DNA of 64,000 nt from Squalus acanthias. Lineage: Eukaryota. Each line of letters starts with the position of its first letter. Positions within the stretch are counted from its first letter, which is position 1. Both the position numbers and the translations under genes were made by a program. Positions 35,872 to 47,853 of this stretch are shown here, one piece after another. The stretch spans positions 64,854,001-64,918,000 of the forward strand of contig CM059438.1 in the NCBI GenBank assembly GCA_030390025.1. The letters are read 5' to 3'. The notes under the pieces were generated by a model. That model saw only the letters and a program-made list of their open reading frames with translations. It was not told the DNA's origin and ran no database searches.

Positions 35872-38800
35872 CTATTTATGTGGGATCTTTCTTTTACGCA
35901 TACTTCTGAAGGGATAATTACTAGTCCTAGCCCCTTTAGGGCTACCCCGGATCAGGCGTATTCCTCAGACATTCACTTTCAACTAAAGTTTGAGGTAGCC
36001 GAATCCTAAAGATGCTTAATTGGGTCTAAAGGTCCGGACTATCTCTCCCTAAAGGAAAGGAACAACCTGAAAATGTTACCGTCCTCCAGATAGCACTTTT
36101 AATAAGTTTAGCTAGACTGTAACGTTCCGGATATTATGAGGGTCTGGAAAACTCCCCCAGAATTCTGCAACTCCTCACCAAAGAGTGTACAGAGATTGAG
36201 TTTGCAAGTTTGATACAGAAGTCTTATGTGAGACAATTCTAAAAATATATAGATTTATTAAAGAACCGACATGCAGTTTACAGTTGGTGAGTCAATCGCA
36301 ACATTAACAGTTCCACAAAGAGAAAGCTTACAATTCTATTATCAGAGAACCTAACTCTCAAATCTTAACTTCACTACAGTTTTACAGTTCTCAAAGTTCT
36401 ATTCAGGATCTCCTCCAAAATCAAATACCTTTGATCCCCGAGGCACAAAGAGTTGGAGACTTACAGAGCCGCCTCTGAAGCCGAGAATCGCTTTGGCCCC
36501 TTAAAGCGAGTCTCCTATCCCATTTGAGAGTTCAATCTTTATACCCTTTTCCAGTGGTATTTCCTTTAAGGTTCTCTGCTGATGTAAGCTAATTATCTCT
36601 AGTCATTTTTCTGCTGATCCCTGCAATTCTTGCACACACCTCAGCTGGTAGCATTACATAATTATGTCTCTTCTCTAGGTGTTCTAAGTTTACCATAAAA
36701 AAACAGTTTTGCGGCAGGTGTGTTTTTTACTTGATGTCATTTTTACGAAGGCAGATGTTTCTTACTTTTATGTGCTTCTTTACAAAGTGTAAATTAGAAC
36801 ACCTTATCCAGGGTGAACCATTGTCTCATTCCAAAAGGTTCAGCCTTTAACCTTCTGTTTCAATAAGGTTATTGATTCAGTGCCAACAACTATCTTATCT
36901 CTATAGCCAGAATGCTTTCACAGCTTTTTCATAGTTAGGTTTCTAGGTTTCCAAACCCAGTTTGTCATGTTTTAATAGGGCCAGAATTCTTTCATAGAAT
37001 GGTGCATTTTTCTGAATAGGTTATATGGCTTATTCCTTCACACTTCTACATGGTGCTATTCCTGTGGCTTCAGCAGATGTAGAGGCAGCCTGCTCACTTC
37101 CCTGCTGCGCCCACTTAGACGCCTTTGGCGGTCATCCTCTGAGTTTTGGAGCCTGTGAGTGCCCTGCCAAAGTCTGCTCCTCCTGCAGCTGTGCAGGGGC
37201 AGACTCGGCCATCACTGTTCGAGGAGGCATCTGGGGCTCTGACCGAGGGGTTGACAAGGGGGTGGAAGTTTGATCGCTTGGAGAGGAGCACCACTTGCAT
37301 GTCCCCTCCTACCATCATCCCTCTCATGGGCCACCCGCACTTCTCTGCTAGCAAGTAGCTGGAGAGCACCTTGCTGCACATCAGTGGGGCCATGAGGACC
37401 CGTGTCTGTATGACATTCCTCATAACAAGGACATCCATGAACCTCTGGTTTCTCTCCTCAATAGATGCCCATCTATCCTCCATAGATGACCATCTATTTA
37501 GAAGTGTTACCATGTTCTCCTGAGTCTGGCGATTTATGTCCTCCATGGAGGTGGCCATCCTTTCCATGGCAGAACCTACAGTTGCCAGTGCGTGCGCCAT
37601 GGAATTGCTCATATTTGAGATGGACTCCTCCATTCTCAGCACACTCGCAGTCACCATGGTCGCAAACCCTGTCAGAGCCTCCTGCATTTGTTCCTGAAGC
37701 TCCAGGATCGCCCTCTTCCTGGATGGCCCCCGAGGCTCAGTGTCTGCAAGCAGCTGAGCAGAGCTAGGAGACTCCTGCGGCCTCCGATGAGGAGTCTCCA
37801 CTGCTGTCCCTGTCTCCAGCATCTGATCTTTCTCACATGTGACTTGTGATACATCAGCTGACAACACTACTCTATCTCACATAGGTCCCACTGAGGTGTG
37901 TGTGTCTGCGCTGGCGCTGGGTGTGCTCATTTCTGCTGATGATGCTCCCTCAGAGGCTAGAGGATCCTCTGAGGAGTGCTCCTGCTCTTCCTCCTGGACA
38001 GTGGGGTGGGGGCTGTTGATGGTCCTCTGGGAGAGTAACAACGTGAGTTAGACATGTGATATGTAGATTGCAGACACATCCCATTATGCACATGATAAGC
38101 ATTCAATTTCTATTGACATCAGATCCCATATGAGTCACTCATGAATGCCAATTAAGATGTATGGAAAATAATTCTGTCACCAGGTTGTTCCAATGAGCCC
38201 CTCTTCAGGCTGGTCAACGACTCCTGTTATGTCGAGAGCGGCCCCCTCAGCGTTGGTGAACACAGCCAATGATAGCGGTCCTCCTCCTGTTCTCTCCCTC
38301 GCCCTCTTATTGTGGGCTCTCTTCCTGCAATGAGTGAAAGAAGTGCAGTTTTAGTGAGAGTGATGGCATGAGTGTAAAGAATGGATAGGATTGGTGTTTA
38401 GAGGGAGACTATGATGGAGTGGGGAGCCAATACCAAGTTGCCTTCTTTTGAGTTGTTAGTTGTTGTCATTGCATAACGATGAGGGTGAGTATGAGGGGTG
38501 CATAGTGAGATGGGGATGTGATTCTGTACATAGGGAGAGAGGGATGGGTGATGGTGCAAGGGATGTTGGGGTGAGTAAGGATGTGCAGGAGTAGGGTTGG
38601 CAATGCAGAGTGATGGAAATGTGATGACAGCAGAATGAAGGTAAGTGTGCTTTTATACTCACTTTTCCTGAATGCAGAAGATCATTCAATTTCTTCCTAC
38701 ATTGCACCCAGGTGCGAACAACCACAGACCTAGCAGTGACCTCCTCAGCTCTTTGCAGCCAAGGTGCCTTTGTCTGCTGAGGAGGTTTCCTCCTTCCATC

Positions 38801-38911
38801 CCCAGGGAATAGAACCTCCCTGCGCCCTCTGACTCCCTCCACAAGAACACGGAGGGAGCCAACATTGAAACGTGGCGCAGCCCTTTGTCCATCTGCAGTC
38901 ACTGTTGCCTG
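35872..38911 (-). pseudogene. Harbinger ORF2 Myb/SANT-like DNA-binding protein (three exons), disrupted
   Basis: Exon 1 APRF...RREVLFP...W...V...RTWVQCRKKLNDL with a donor at ~38662; exon 2 ~38324-38181; exon 3 from ~38026. The C-terminal basic RKRK tail is cut off by the LTR insertion. Confidence 0.8.
35907..37042 (-). mobile_element. Solo LTR (~1.13 kb), probably ERV
   Basis: Absent from the homologous Harbinger at ~52735; TG...CA ends with IR TGAAGG/CCTTCA; TSD CTTC (or TACTTC/CACTTC); minus-strand TATAAA at 36543 and AATAAA at 36259. Confidence 0.85.
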
Positions 38912-39820
38912 AACCAGCACTCAGAAGCATTAAATCAGAATTGAGAGCAAATGGAGACATGGCCCCTTTAAATATACCGGCAACAAACGCGTCATCAGAT
39001 GACGTCACCAGACCCGCACCTTGTAATTGGGCCGGGTAACGCGCAGGGTGGGCTTAACAAGCCCAATTAACGTAAAATCTCTTTCGCAGAACGGCTGGAG
39101 TCGGGAGGGGGACCGATACCTGCCAATGACCTCTCCTGCCGTAATCAGATGGTGAAATCGCAGCCTTGAGATTGTAAAAGAGCCATAAAAGTGGTTGCAT
39201 AAAAGTGGTCGTTGGTAAGTACCAGCTGATACCCCATCACTTGGAAAGAGCTCATGACCTGTGCAAAAGAAAAATGACATTCCACAGACTTTTACAAGTA
39301 ATTTAGAGCCCACAGTAAAAATATTGAAGGCTATATTTTCCTCTGATAAATATTAGCAAAAATATAGATTTGATTATGATGGGATGTGCTGTCAGTAGCA
39401 AACACCACTAGACTGTAAAGTTGAGGACACTGGGGACCTTTACTGCCAAAGCAGATGACTGTCTCTGGTCTTCAAGGACCAGATGGCAGACCTGAGTTTT
39501 AACTTTTGCAGTGTGTATGATACTCGTCAGAGTACAACTCTTGAGGATTCCTACCTCTACAAAAATGTGTTAACAAATATAAAGTGAGAGAAAATTCTAA
39601 TCATTTGTTGGGATTAGTATTGGCTACCTCGTCCAACATTTCACAGCGGTACAATCAAATCAAAAAGTGAGAATTTCATAGAATTATATCGAATTTCAAA
39701 GCAGAGAAACAGGCCCTTTGGCCCAATGGGTCGATGCCGGTGTTTACGCTCCACACAATACCTCCCCCTACCTTATTTCAGCTCATCTTATCAACATATC
39801 CTTCTATTCTTCGGGACAAA

Positions 39821-41943
39821 GGGGGAAAAATCCGTGCACGCCATCAGAATTGCCGGTGTTACCGGCAACTCGGGTTAACGACCGCCGAAAATGTCCGCAG
39901 CACTACCGTTGAAAAATTGGCTCGGGGGGTTGGCGATGTGGAGCGCAGCGCTAATTTACCATGCAACGTCCTCCTGGTGGCGTAATGGAGGCCTCCGACC
40001 CGAAGTTCCCGTCCACAGTCGGCATTGCTGCTTCTTACAGCCTCTGGGAGCGAGGCTATGGAGTTCCCAAGGCATTGTGGGCAATTAAAGGGGATATGAA
40101 TTAAAGGGGCAATGCATTCAAAACTAATGAAAATTTAAATCAAGTGGAAAAAATGCATTTTTCCGCCCTTCCTGCCTTTCAAAAAAAACCAAACATTAAA
40201 AATAATTCCCAAATGGCAGTCTGCAGCTCTTAAAGTTGAATTGTCTTCCACACCTAAAAGAATGGTAAAGGTGTTTCAGCATTAACACAAATGGCTCAGC
40301 AAGCCAGGGAAGGGACGCCCAGGGTCTCACACACAGCACTCCAGCTTTGTGCAGGGGGTCAACACTGCAAGTGAGGTTCACTACCCACAGGGGCCAGGAA
40401 GCCCTCCAGAAAGAGCGATGTGGGACCACATCACCGAGGCTGTCACTGGCAGCAGTGTCGCCCCCACCACCTGGCTCCAGTGCCCAAAGAAACTTCATGA
40501 CCTCAGACCACTGGTCAAGGCCAGCGAATGCATCTTCAAAAGCCGTTTCCTAACAACTGCACCACTAGCCTCACACACTGCTCAATGCATGACTCCTCCC
40601 CACCACCCCCCACATCACTCACCTACCAACAATCTGTATCAATCATGAGGCACATTTCCCATTCCTTGCCTCACCTCACCCCCTTGGAGGAGACGGTGCA
40701 GGCCATTCTTGGCCAGTGGCAGGGCTGAAAGGATACAAGATGCTGGTATCCTCATACATTATCCTCCTTCTGGCATGCACCTCGTGCTTTCCCACCCTCC
40801 CCTCACCACAACTGCATCCGTCTGCCTTCCTTATTTCACACTCCCAAGAAATGCAGCCTGCCCAGCCAATGGGTGACCAAGAAGAGGGAGAGGAGAGTGA
40901 AGAAGAAAAAGAAGAAGATTGATTTGACACTCCCAGCCATTAGCTCCTCAATGTTCCCACTGAAAGTCAGCAGCCTTCCACCAGCCATGCTGCAGTCACT
41001 GGGGTAGCACTGTGTGACATCAGTACGATAGGCAAAGGCACACACAGGACAGTCACTAAGAGAAGGTATAAGGGTGATAAGTTGATTTCTTGATGTCATA
41101 TTGGATGGATAGATGTATAAAGCTGGATTGGAAAGTTTGTTTTGTGGTGGCTTTTATTTCAGCATCGTGGCCAAGAGGACACTGTGATGGTGAGTAACAG
41201 AGGGAAGATAAGGTGTGGGACTAATGTTGAAAGGGGAATTGGGGTAGTGGTCACTGGGATCCTGGCCACAATGGGGCTGTCTGGGATGCACCCTTCTGTC
41301 TGCTTCCTCCTCTTCTGCTGCCTCCTCTTCGGCTTCTTCCTCTTCCCTCTGCGAGCGGATGCTTTAAATCTGAAATGCCAGCATAAAATGTTGGAAATAT
41401 TCAGCAGCTCAGGCAGCATCTTGACCTGAGACGTGAACTCCGTTTCTCTCTCCACGGATGTTGCCTCACCTGTTGAGTATTTGCAGCATTTTCTGTTTCC
41501 TCAGAGGCCTTGCTTTATCGTCCGAGGCCTTGAAAGCATCCAGCAGCATGCCCTACACACTTAAAAAACTTTTAACATTTATTGCAGCAAGCCACTACTG
41601 CAATAAAATCAAAAAAAACCATTCCAAAAGCTTAAATGCAAACTTACCTGAAAAATGTGTGTGTCCCTTTAAGAGGTGCTGACAGCGCCTCTGTGAGTCT
41701 CTTGACACGTTGGGTTTCCCTGGCGTGGTTATGACGCAGCGCTGTACTCAATGTTAGGGTCGAAGTTGGACGTGGTGACGTTAAGTCGGCATGCACGTCA
41801 CCAATCTGCCATTTTTGTTTTGCAGGGCGCTAATACCAGCAGCGCTACGGAGAGGACCAAAATGGAGAGCGCCGCGATAGCCGCCACCCTTTTGCCATTT
41901 TTTGACAGTAACAGGTGGCATTAAGGCCCCAAATTTTTAGCCC
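39821..41943. mobile_element. Harbinger deletion derivative
   Basis: TIR GGGGGAAAAAT / ATTTTTAGCCC, AAA TSD, decayed Myb exon (WDHITEAV...TWLQCPKKLHDL) at ~40330-40520. Confidence 0.8.
41385..41497. mobile_element. Hairpin remnant, probably from a second Penelope pseudo-LTR family
   Basis: Imperfect inverted arms 41385-41420 / 41457-41492 around GACCTGAGACGTGAAC, which looks like a decayed GAAACGTT hammerhead half. The family call is by recall of shark repeats. Confidence 0.5.
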
Positions 41944-41949
41944 AAAGCA

Positions 41950-42636
41950 ACACGAGTAGGCCATTCAGCTCCTCGAGCCTGCTCCAGTATTTAGTTAGAT
42001 CAGGGCTGATCTGTATCTTAACTCGAACTACCCACCTTGATTCCATAACCCTTAATACCCTTGTCTAACAAAAACCTATCAATCTCAGTTTTGAAATTTT
42101 CAAGTGACCCAGAGGAAATAGTTTCTCTCTATCTACCCTATCAAATCCTATAACCCTCGTAAACACTTCAATTAGATCACCGCTTAATCTTCTATACTCG
42201 AGGGAATACAAGCCTCGTCTATGCAACCTTTCCTCTTAAGTTAACCCTTTTAAGTCTAGTATCATTCTGGTGAATCTGCGCTGTACCCCCTCCAAGGACA
42301 ATATATCCTTTCTGAGGTGCGGTGCCTAAAACTGAACACAGTACTTTCAATGGGGTCTAACCAGAGCTTTATATAACTGTAATATAACTGCTACCATTTT
42401 GTGTTCTAGACCCCATTGAGACAAAGACCAATATTCCATTAGCTTTTTAATTATTTTTTGTACCTGTCCTCTAGCTGTACATGGACCCCTAAATTACTCT
42501 TCCCCTCCACAGTTACTAGCTTCTCACCATTTAGAAAATACTCTGATGTATCTTTCTCAAGTCCAAATTGGATGACCCCCCACTTCCCCACATTAAACTT
42601 CATCTGCCACAGTTTTGCCCACTCTCTTAATCTATC
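41950..42636 (-). mobile_element. CR1 LINE 3' portion
   Basis: Homologous to the reverse complement of 29600-30080. Confidence 0.88.
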
Positions 42637-42649
42637 AATCTATTCCTTT

Positions 42650-43250
42650 AACATAAGAACATAAGAAATAGGAGCAGGAGTAGGCCAATCGGCCCCTCGA
42701 GCCTGCTCCGCCATTCAATAAGATCATGGCTGATCTGATCCTAACCTCAAATCTAAAGAACACAAGAAGTAGGAGCAGGACCCGGCCACTCAGCCCCTGG
42801 GCCCGCTCCGCCACCCACAGGGCCCTGACCGATCCGAACTTAGCCTCATGTCCAATTTCCTGCCCGCTCACCGTAACCCCTAATTCCCTTTACCTCTAGG
42901 AAACTATCTATTTCTGTTTTAAATTTATTTAATGATGTAGCTTCCGCAGCTTCCTGGGGCAGCAAATTCCACAGACCTACTACCCTCTGAGTGAAGAAGT
43001 TTCTCCTCATCTCAGTTTTGAAAGAGCAGCCCCTTATTCTAAGATTATGCCCCCTAGTTCTAGTTTCACCCATTCTTGGGAACATCCTTACCGCATCCAC
43101 CCGATCAAGCCCCTTCACAATCTTATATGTTTCAATAAGATCACCTCTCATTCTTCTGAACTCCAATGAGTAGAGTCCCAATCTACTCAACCTCTACTCA
43201 TATGTCCACCCCCTCATCCCCGGGATTAACCGAGTGAACCTTCTTTGTAC
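42650..43250 (-). mobile_element. Young CR1 LINE 3' end with duplicated tail
   Basis: Intact LGLYSLEFRRMRGDLIETYKI...FFTQRVVGLWNLLP; 3' UTR module duplicated. Confidence 0.92.
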
Positions 43251-45109
43251 TTCTTTCTCCTTCCTCTATCTGCTTATCTAGCTTTGCCTTCAATGCATCT
43301 GTGCAAAGTGCCTCAATCATGTCATACTGCTTTCACTCTGGTCAGAGCTGGTGTTCATGAATTTTGGCAATGGGAAGATCTTCAAGTATTGGCACAGCAG
43401 TGACAGAAGTGAATAGTTAAGTGTGTTGTCAGAGAATGTAGGTGTAGTAGCTATTGATCAGATATATCTCAGGAGAAGATGAGAGTGTGGCCCAGGAGGG
43501 AATATGAAGACCTAATCGGTGCTTCCCCCAGGTAGAAGGTCAACTGCAGTCAAGTCTGCTAACAGTGCATGGTGGAGGAGCTGTGGATGAGGCTCGCTGT
43601 GGAGTATATAACTGAGTTGTGTCCCTTGGTGCACAAAAACCTCAGACATTCGGTCATCTGTAAGGGGCAGTAAGGATCACCTTTCAGGTTTATTGTCACC
43701 TGGTCATCTCAAACAGAAGGAAAATCTCAAGAATCTAAAAGAATAACTGACTAAGATATAGCAAAGGTGACATAGTTTTATTTAGTTGTGCACTGATAGT
43801 GGCGTCCATATTTTTCTGGTGCATTTGCCTCATATTGTGAACTCCTCTGTGTCGGTTGTGAATGTGTTGTACTAATAAGTGCTCCATGATTTGAAGTAAC
43901 AGCATTGGTGACGAGTTGCATAGGCAATTACTGTGATTTCAGGAGATATTGAAGGCTTTCTATTCGATTCTGAAACTATACCTGTTGCACCTGCCTGAGC
44001 TGGTGTCGCCCCACTGTGGGCTCACTGCTTTGAGGTGGTGGTTTATTTGAACTATTCCCACTGGGCGGGAAACGGCGGCAGTGGGTCGGTCGCCCACCTT
44101 GCAGGCGCCCAGTTTTCCTTTCCCACTGCCATTTGGCAGGACCAGTTAAAATCGAGTCCAGTGTTTGGGGGTTTGTCAGGTTCTCGTGGGAATCTTCACT
44201 TTCACCTTCACCAATTTTTCCCAAAAGGATGCTTTGTTAACCATTCATTTCATGTCTTCATTGTTTACCAATATTAGATCTCCCACGGTATTGCACTTTA
44301 GGCCAGATGATGCATCGATTTACAAGGACAGGAGCCTTGCATCATGTAATGCACAATGCATAACTCTGCTGCTAAGTTAGAACTATGCCTCCTTAAGGCC
44401 ACAAAGTACAATTGTTGTTAAATAAGCACATCATCAGTTGAATCAGACTTTAATTGTTATTTGATGAAGCAAATTGGAAAGTACTCGTGAATTTCAGCCT
44501 CCAGGTCGCAAGATTAAATACTAGGATGCCCTTTTTAAAAAAATGCTTTGCATGTAACAAAGCAATATGTCTGGAACATAATGGACACGTGCTATACATA
44601 GACATAACAATACAGAAGCAGGCCATGCAAGCAAATAGTTCGAATCAAATTTACCCATTCTAGTCCCACATCTCGTCAATCCCATTTCCCTTCATCCACC
44701 TACCCAATCGCATCTTGAATGTTGACATAGTTTCTGCCTCGACCTCTAACCCTGGAAATGGATTCCACAGCCGCACATCTCTCCAAAAATGCTTCTCCTA
44801 CCTTCTGTTCTAAGTTTCTTTAAATTTGGTCCCTTGTTCTTGACCGCTCAATCACTGGAAATAGTCTGTTTCTATCAACCCACGCCCATCCTTTCATAAA
44901 CACTTAAACACTACTAACATATCGCCCAATAATCCATGTTGTTATGATGAAAATTAGAAAGAAAGACTTATGTTTATATAGCGCCTTTCATGATCACAGG
45001 GTACCCCAAAGCGCTTCATAGCCAATTAGGCACTTTGAAATGTAGTCACTGTTGTAATGTAGGAAATGAGGCAGCTAATTCATGCACAGCAAGATCCCAC
45101 AAACATAAT

Positions 45110-46017
45110 TGGGGGAATTTTCACATGAAAAAAAGGGTGGGTTGGTGGTGGGGGTTGGGGAGAGGGGGTGGAAGAAAGTTTCAAAAAATCTAAATCCCAA
45201 CCCCAACCCGCCCACTTTCAACTTTTACTCAGGCGGGATGGGGGGCGGCAGCCAACCCGCTGCCAGGAGGCTGGTTGGCATTTCAAATATGATAATGAGG
45301 CCTGAAGTCTCTGCTTTAAGCTGCTTTGCAGGTTTAACTGCAGCCTGCCGGGGATCCCAGGCCTCAGAATTCCTGGTAGCTGCAGTGAGACGAGCACAGC
45401 CTCGGAGAGCAATCCTTGTGGGCCGGGAGGAGCAGGAGTGCTTCTTCCCGGCCCCCCAAGTTCACCCACCAGTGGGGTCGGGGATCGAACTCACCCCCGG
45501 GGTCGGGATCAGACCCCCCCCCACCCCCTGGGCTTGGAAACCTCACCCCCACCGGGCTGGAAGCCAGCCTGTCAATCTGTTAAAACTCCACAGTGTGCGG
45601 GGAAACCAGGAAGGAAAAATTCGGTTGCTTTGCGCCTCCTGTTAGCGCCCCAAGGGCCCTGGTGTGTGCAGCGCTAGGCCCCTCCCCTTTAATCAGGGGA
45701 GGGAGGCCTGCAGTACCGTGGCGCTACATGCTGGCGTGCGTGCCATTGCTGCACGTAGCACCGCGATCTTCCATGGGAGCGCCCCAAGGGGGAGGGGGAG
45801 CAATTCCAGCAGCGACCCGCCTCCTGCTTGGGGCGCTACCATTGAATTTCGGGTGCAGAAGCGCTAACTTATTTGTGGCGCTAAAAGTAACGTCCCGGCG
45901 AAGTTATCGCTCCAAAGGGGGTGCGAGCTAATTTTTCCCCCCAGGACTTCCACGTTTCCCGCTGTCTACCAGCCACCCCCACACTCCAGGTGGGTCGGAA
46001 ACTGGAAAGTCCAGCCC
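45110..46017. mobile_element. Harbinger-type MITE
   Basis: Ends TGGGGGAATTTTC / GAAAGTCCAGCCC, AAT TSD. Confidence 0.8.
45610..45941. mobile_element. GC-rich Harbinger MITE nested in the preceding MITE
   Basis: GAAGGAAAAATT / AATTTTTCCCCC ends, CAG TSD; inverted homologue of 19593-19941. Confidence 0.82.
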
Positions 46018-47391
46018 AATGTGATAATGACCAGATAATCTGTATCAGTGAAGTTAGTTGAGGGATTAATATTGGCCAGGACACCTCTGCTCTTCTTCAA
46101 AATAGTGCCATGGAATCTTTTACATCCACTTGAGGCCTCGGTTTAACGTCTCATCCAAAGGACGGCACCGTCCGACAGTGCAGCACTCCCTCAGCACTGC
46201 ACTGGGAGTGTCAGCCTAGATTTTGTGTTGAAGTCTCTGGAGTGGGACTTGAACCCACAACCTTCTGACTCAGAGATGAGAGTGCTGCCCACTGAGCCAC
46301 GGCTGACCTAAAAAAGGCCCCAAACATATGATGATGAGATCCAGGTGATTGCATTGAATGCAAGTTCAATGTTGAAAGATATAATTGATCATTCGGAATT
46401 GTTTTGGGCATCACGTACCATTTTGTCTTTTGCCAGGACCAGTTTCCATTGCCCTGAGTGCCACGATCTACATTCACAGGAAACGTGGACGCATCATCCC
46501 CACTTCACAGCTGAATAAAATTGATTTATAGTCACCTCAAAACACGCAGGATTTGAAAACATATTTGCCGTCAACATCACTTAGGAAATTGGGCATCTGT
46601 GCCATGATAATGACACCAGGGACTGGGTAATTAATTTAAAGCCTTGGGCACATTTTTCTCTCCAGCCTGTCATTTACATCGTTCTGGTAGCAGGCAGGTG
46701 CTTACCTTGTCTCTTATATTGAACATACTTAGATGCATACGTCAACTGCAATGTCACAGATTTAAAAAATATATATATATATATATATGCATACAGGGAA
46801 TTACCAAATAGCCAAAATGCTGTATGGGTAACCAGCAATGTCTGAATATAGCAAATGGGTGAAGTATCTTCAGCTGCTCCCATGCCTATGCCACTGTATA
46901 ATTGTACTGCGGCTTTTGTTAAAAGTGTTTGAGAAACAAACAGTTGGAGGAGCTATTCTACAAGCTTTCGATCCTCTGACTTCGATGATTAGACTGTCTA
47001 TATAATGGGCATTGCTGTTCATTAAAATAGCAGAAAAAAGCAATTGTCCCGAGACCATGATTAGCATTGTAACTGTATGCTACGCCTCACGGCTGAGAAA
47101 GAATACTACACTGATAGTGTCTCTCCTCAGACTCCACTCGCCATCGCTCCTTCTACTAGGAGACGGTTCGCAGCTGGCCGAGAACATAACAAGATCACGA
47201 AATGAATAGCTCCAGCCCATTTCATCCAGAATTTTTTTTTAAACTTACATTTCCCCTCCCCTATCATCAATAGTGGAATAGTATAAAGATGTGAAAATAA
47301 AAGCAAAAAGGAGAATGAATATATAAATGAATTAATTTGAAGTCCAGCTAGTCAAAAGAGAAACCTTTATCTTGTCCAGCAACTTCAATTA

Positions 47392-47853
47392 AAGAAAGAC
47401 TTGCATTTATATAGCGCCTTTCACGACTATCGGATGTCTCAAAGCGCTTTACAGCCAATGAAGTACTTTTGGAGTGTAGCCACTGTTGTAATGTGGGAAA
47501 CGCAGCAGCCAATTTGTGCTCAGCAAGCTCCCACAAACAGCAATGTGATAATGACCAGATAATCTGTTTTTGTTATGTTGGTTGAGGGATAAATATTGGC
47601 CAGGACACCGGGGATAAGTCCCCTGCTCTTCTTCGAAATAGTGCCGTGGGATCTTTTACATCTGCCTGAGAGAGCAGACAGGGCCTCGGTTTAATGTCTC
47701 ATCCAAAAGATGGCACCTCTGACAATGCAGCCCTCCCTCAGCACTGCAATAGAGTGTCAGCCTAGCTTTACGTGCTCAAGTCCCTGGAGTGGGACTTGAA
47801 CCCACAACCTTCTGACTCAGAGGCAAGTGTGCTACCAACTGAGCCACAGCTGA
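47392..47853 (-). mobile_element. Deu-domain SINE (SacSINE1-like), full length
   Basis: Complete head, Deu core and tail; ~39-bp flanking duplication. Confidence 0.92.

Larger units (their letters stand above)
33836..39165. mobile_element. Full-length-type PIF/Harbinger transposon (decayed)
   Basis: TIR GGCTGCAATTT / AAATCGCAGCC, TTG TSD, convergent transposase and Myb/SANT genes. Confidence 0.93.
44955..46307 (-). mobile_element. Deu-domain SINE split by nested MITEs
   Basis: 3' half 44955-45109 and 5' half 46018-46307 rejoin at an AAT TSD. Confidence 0.88.
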
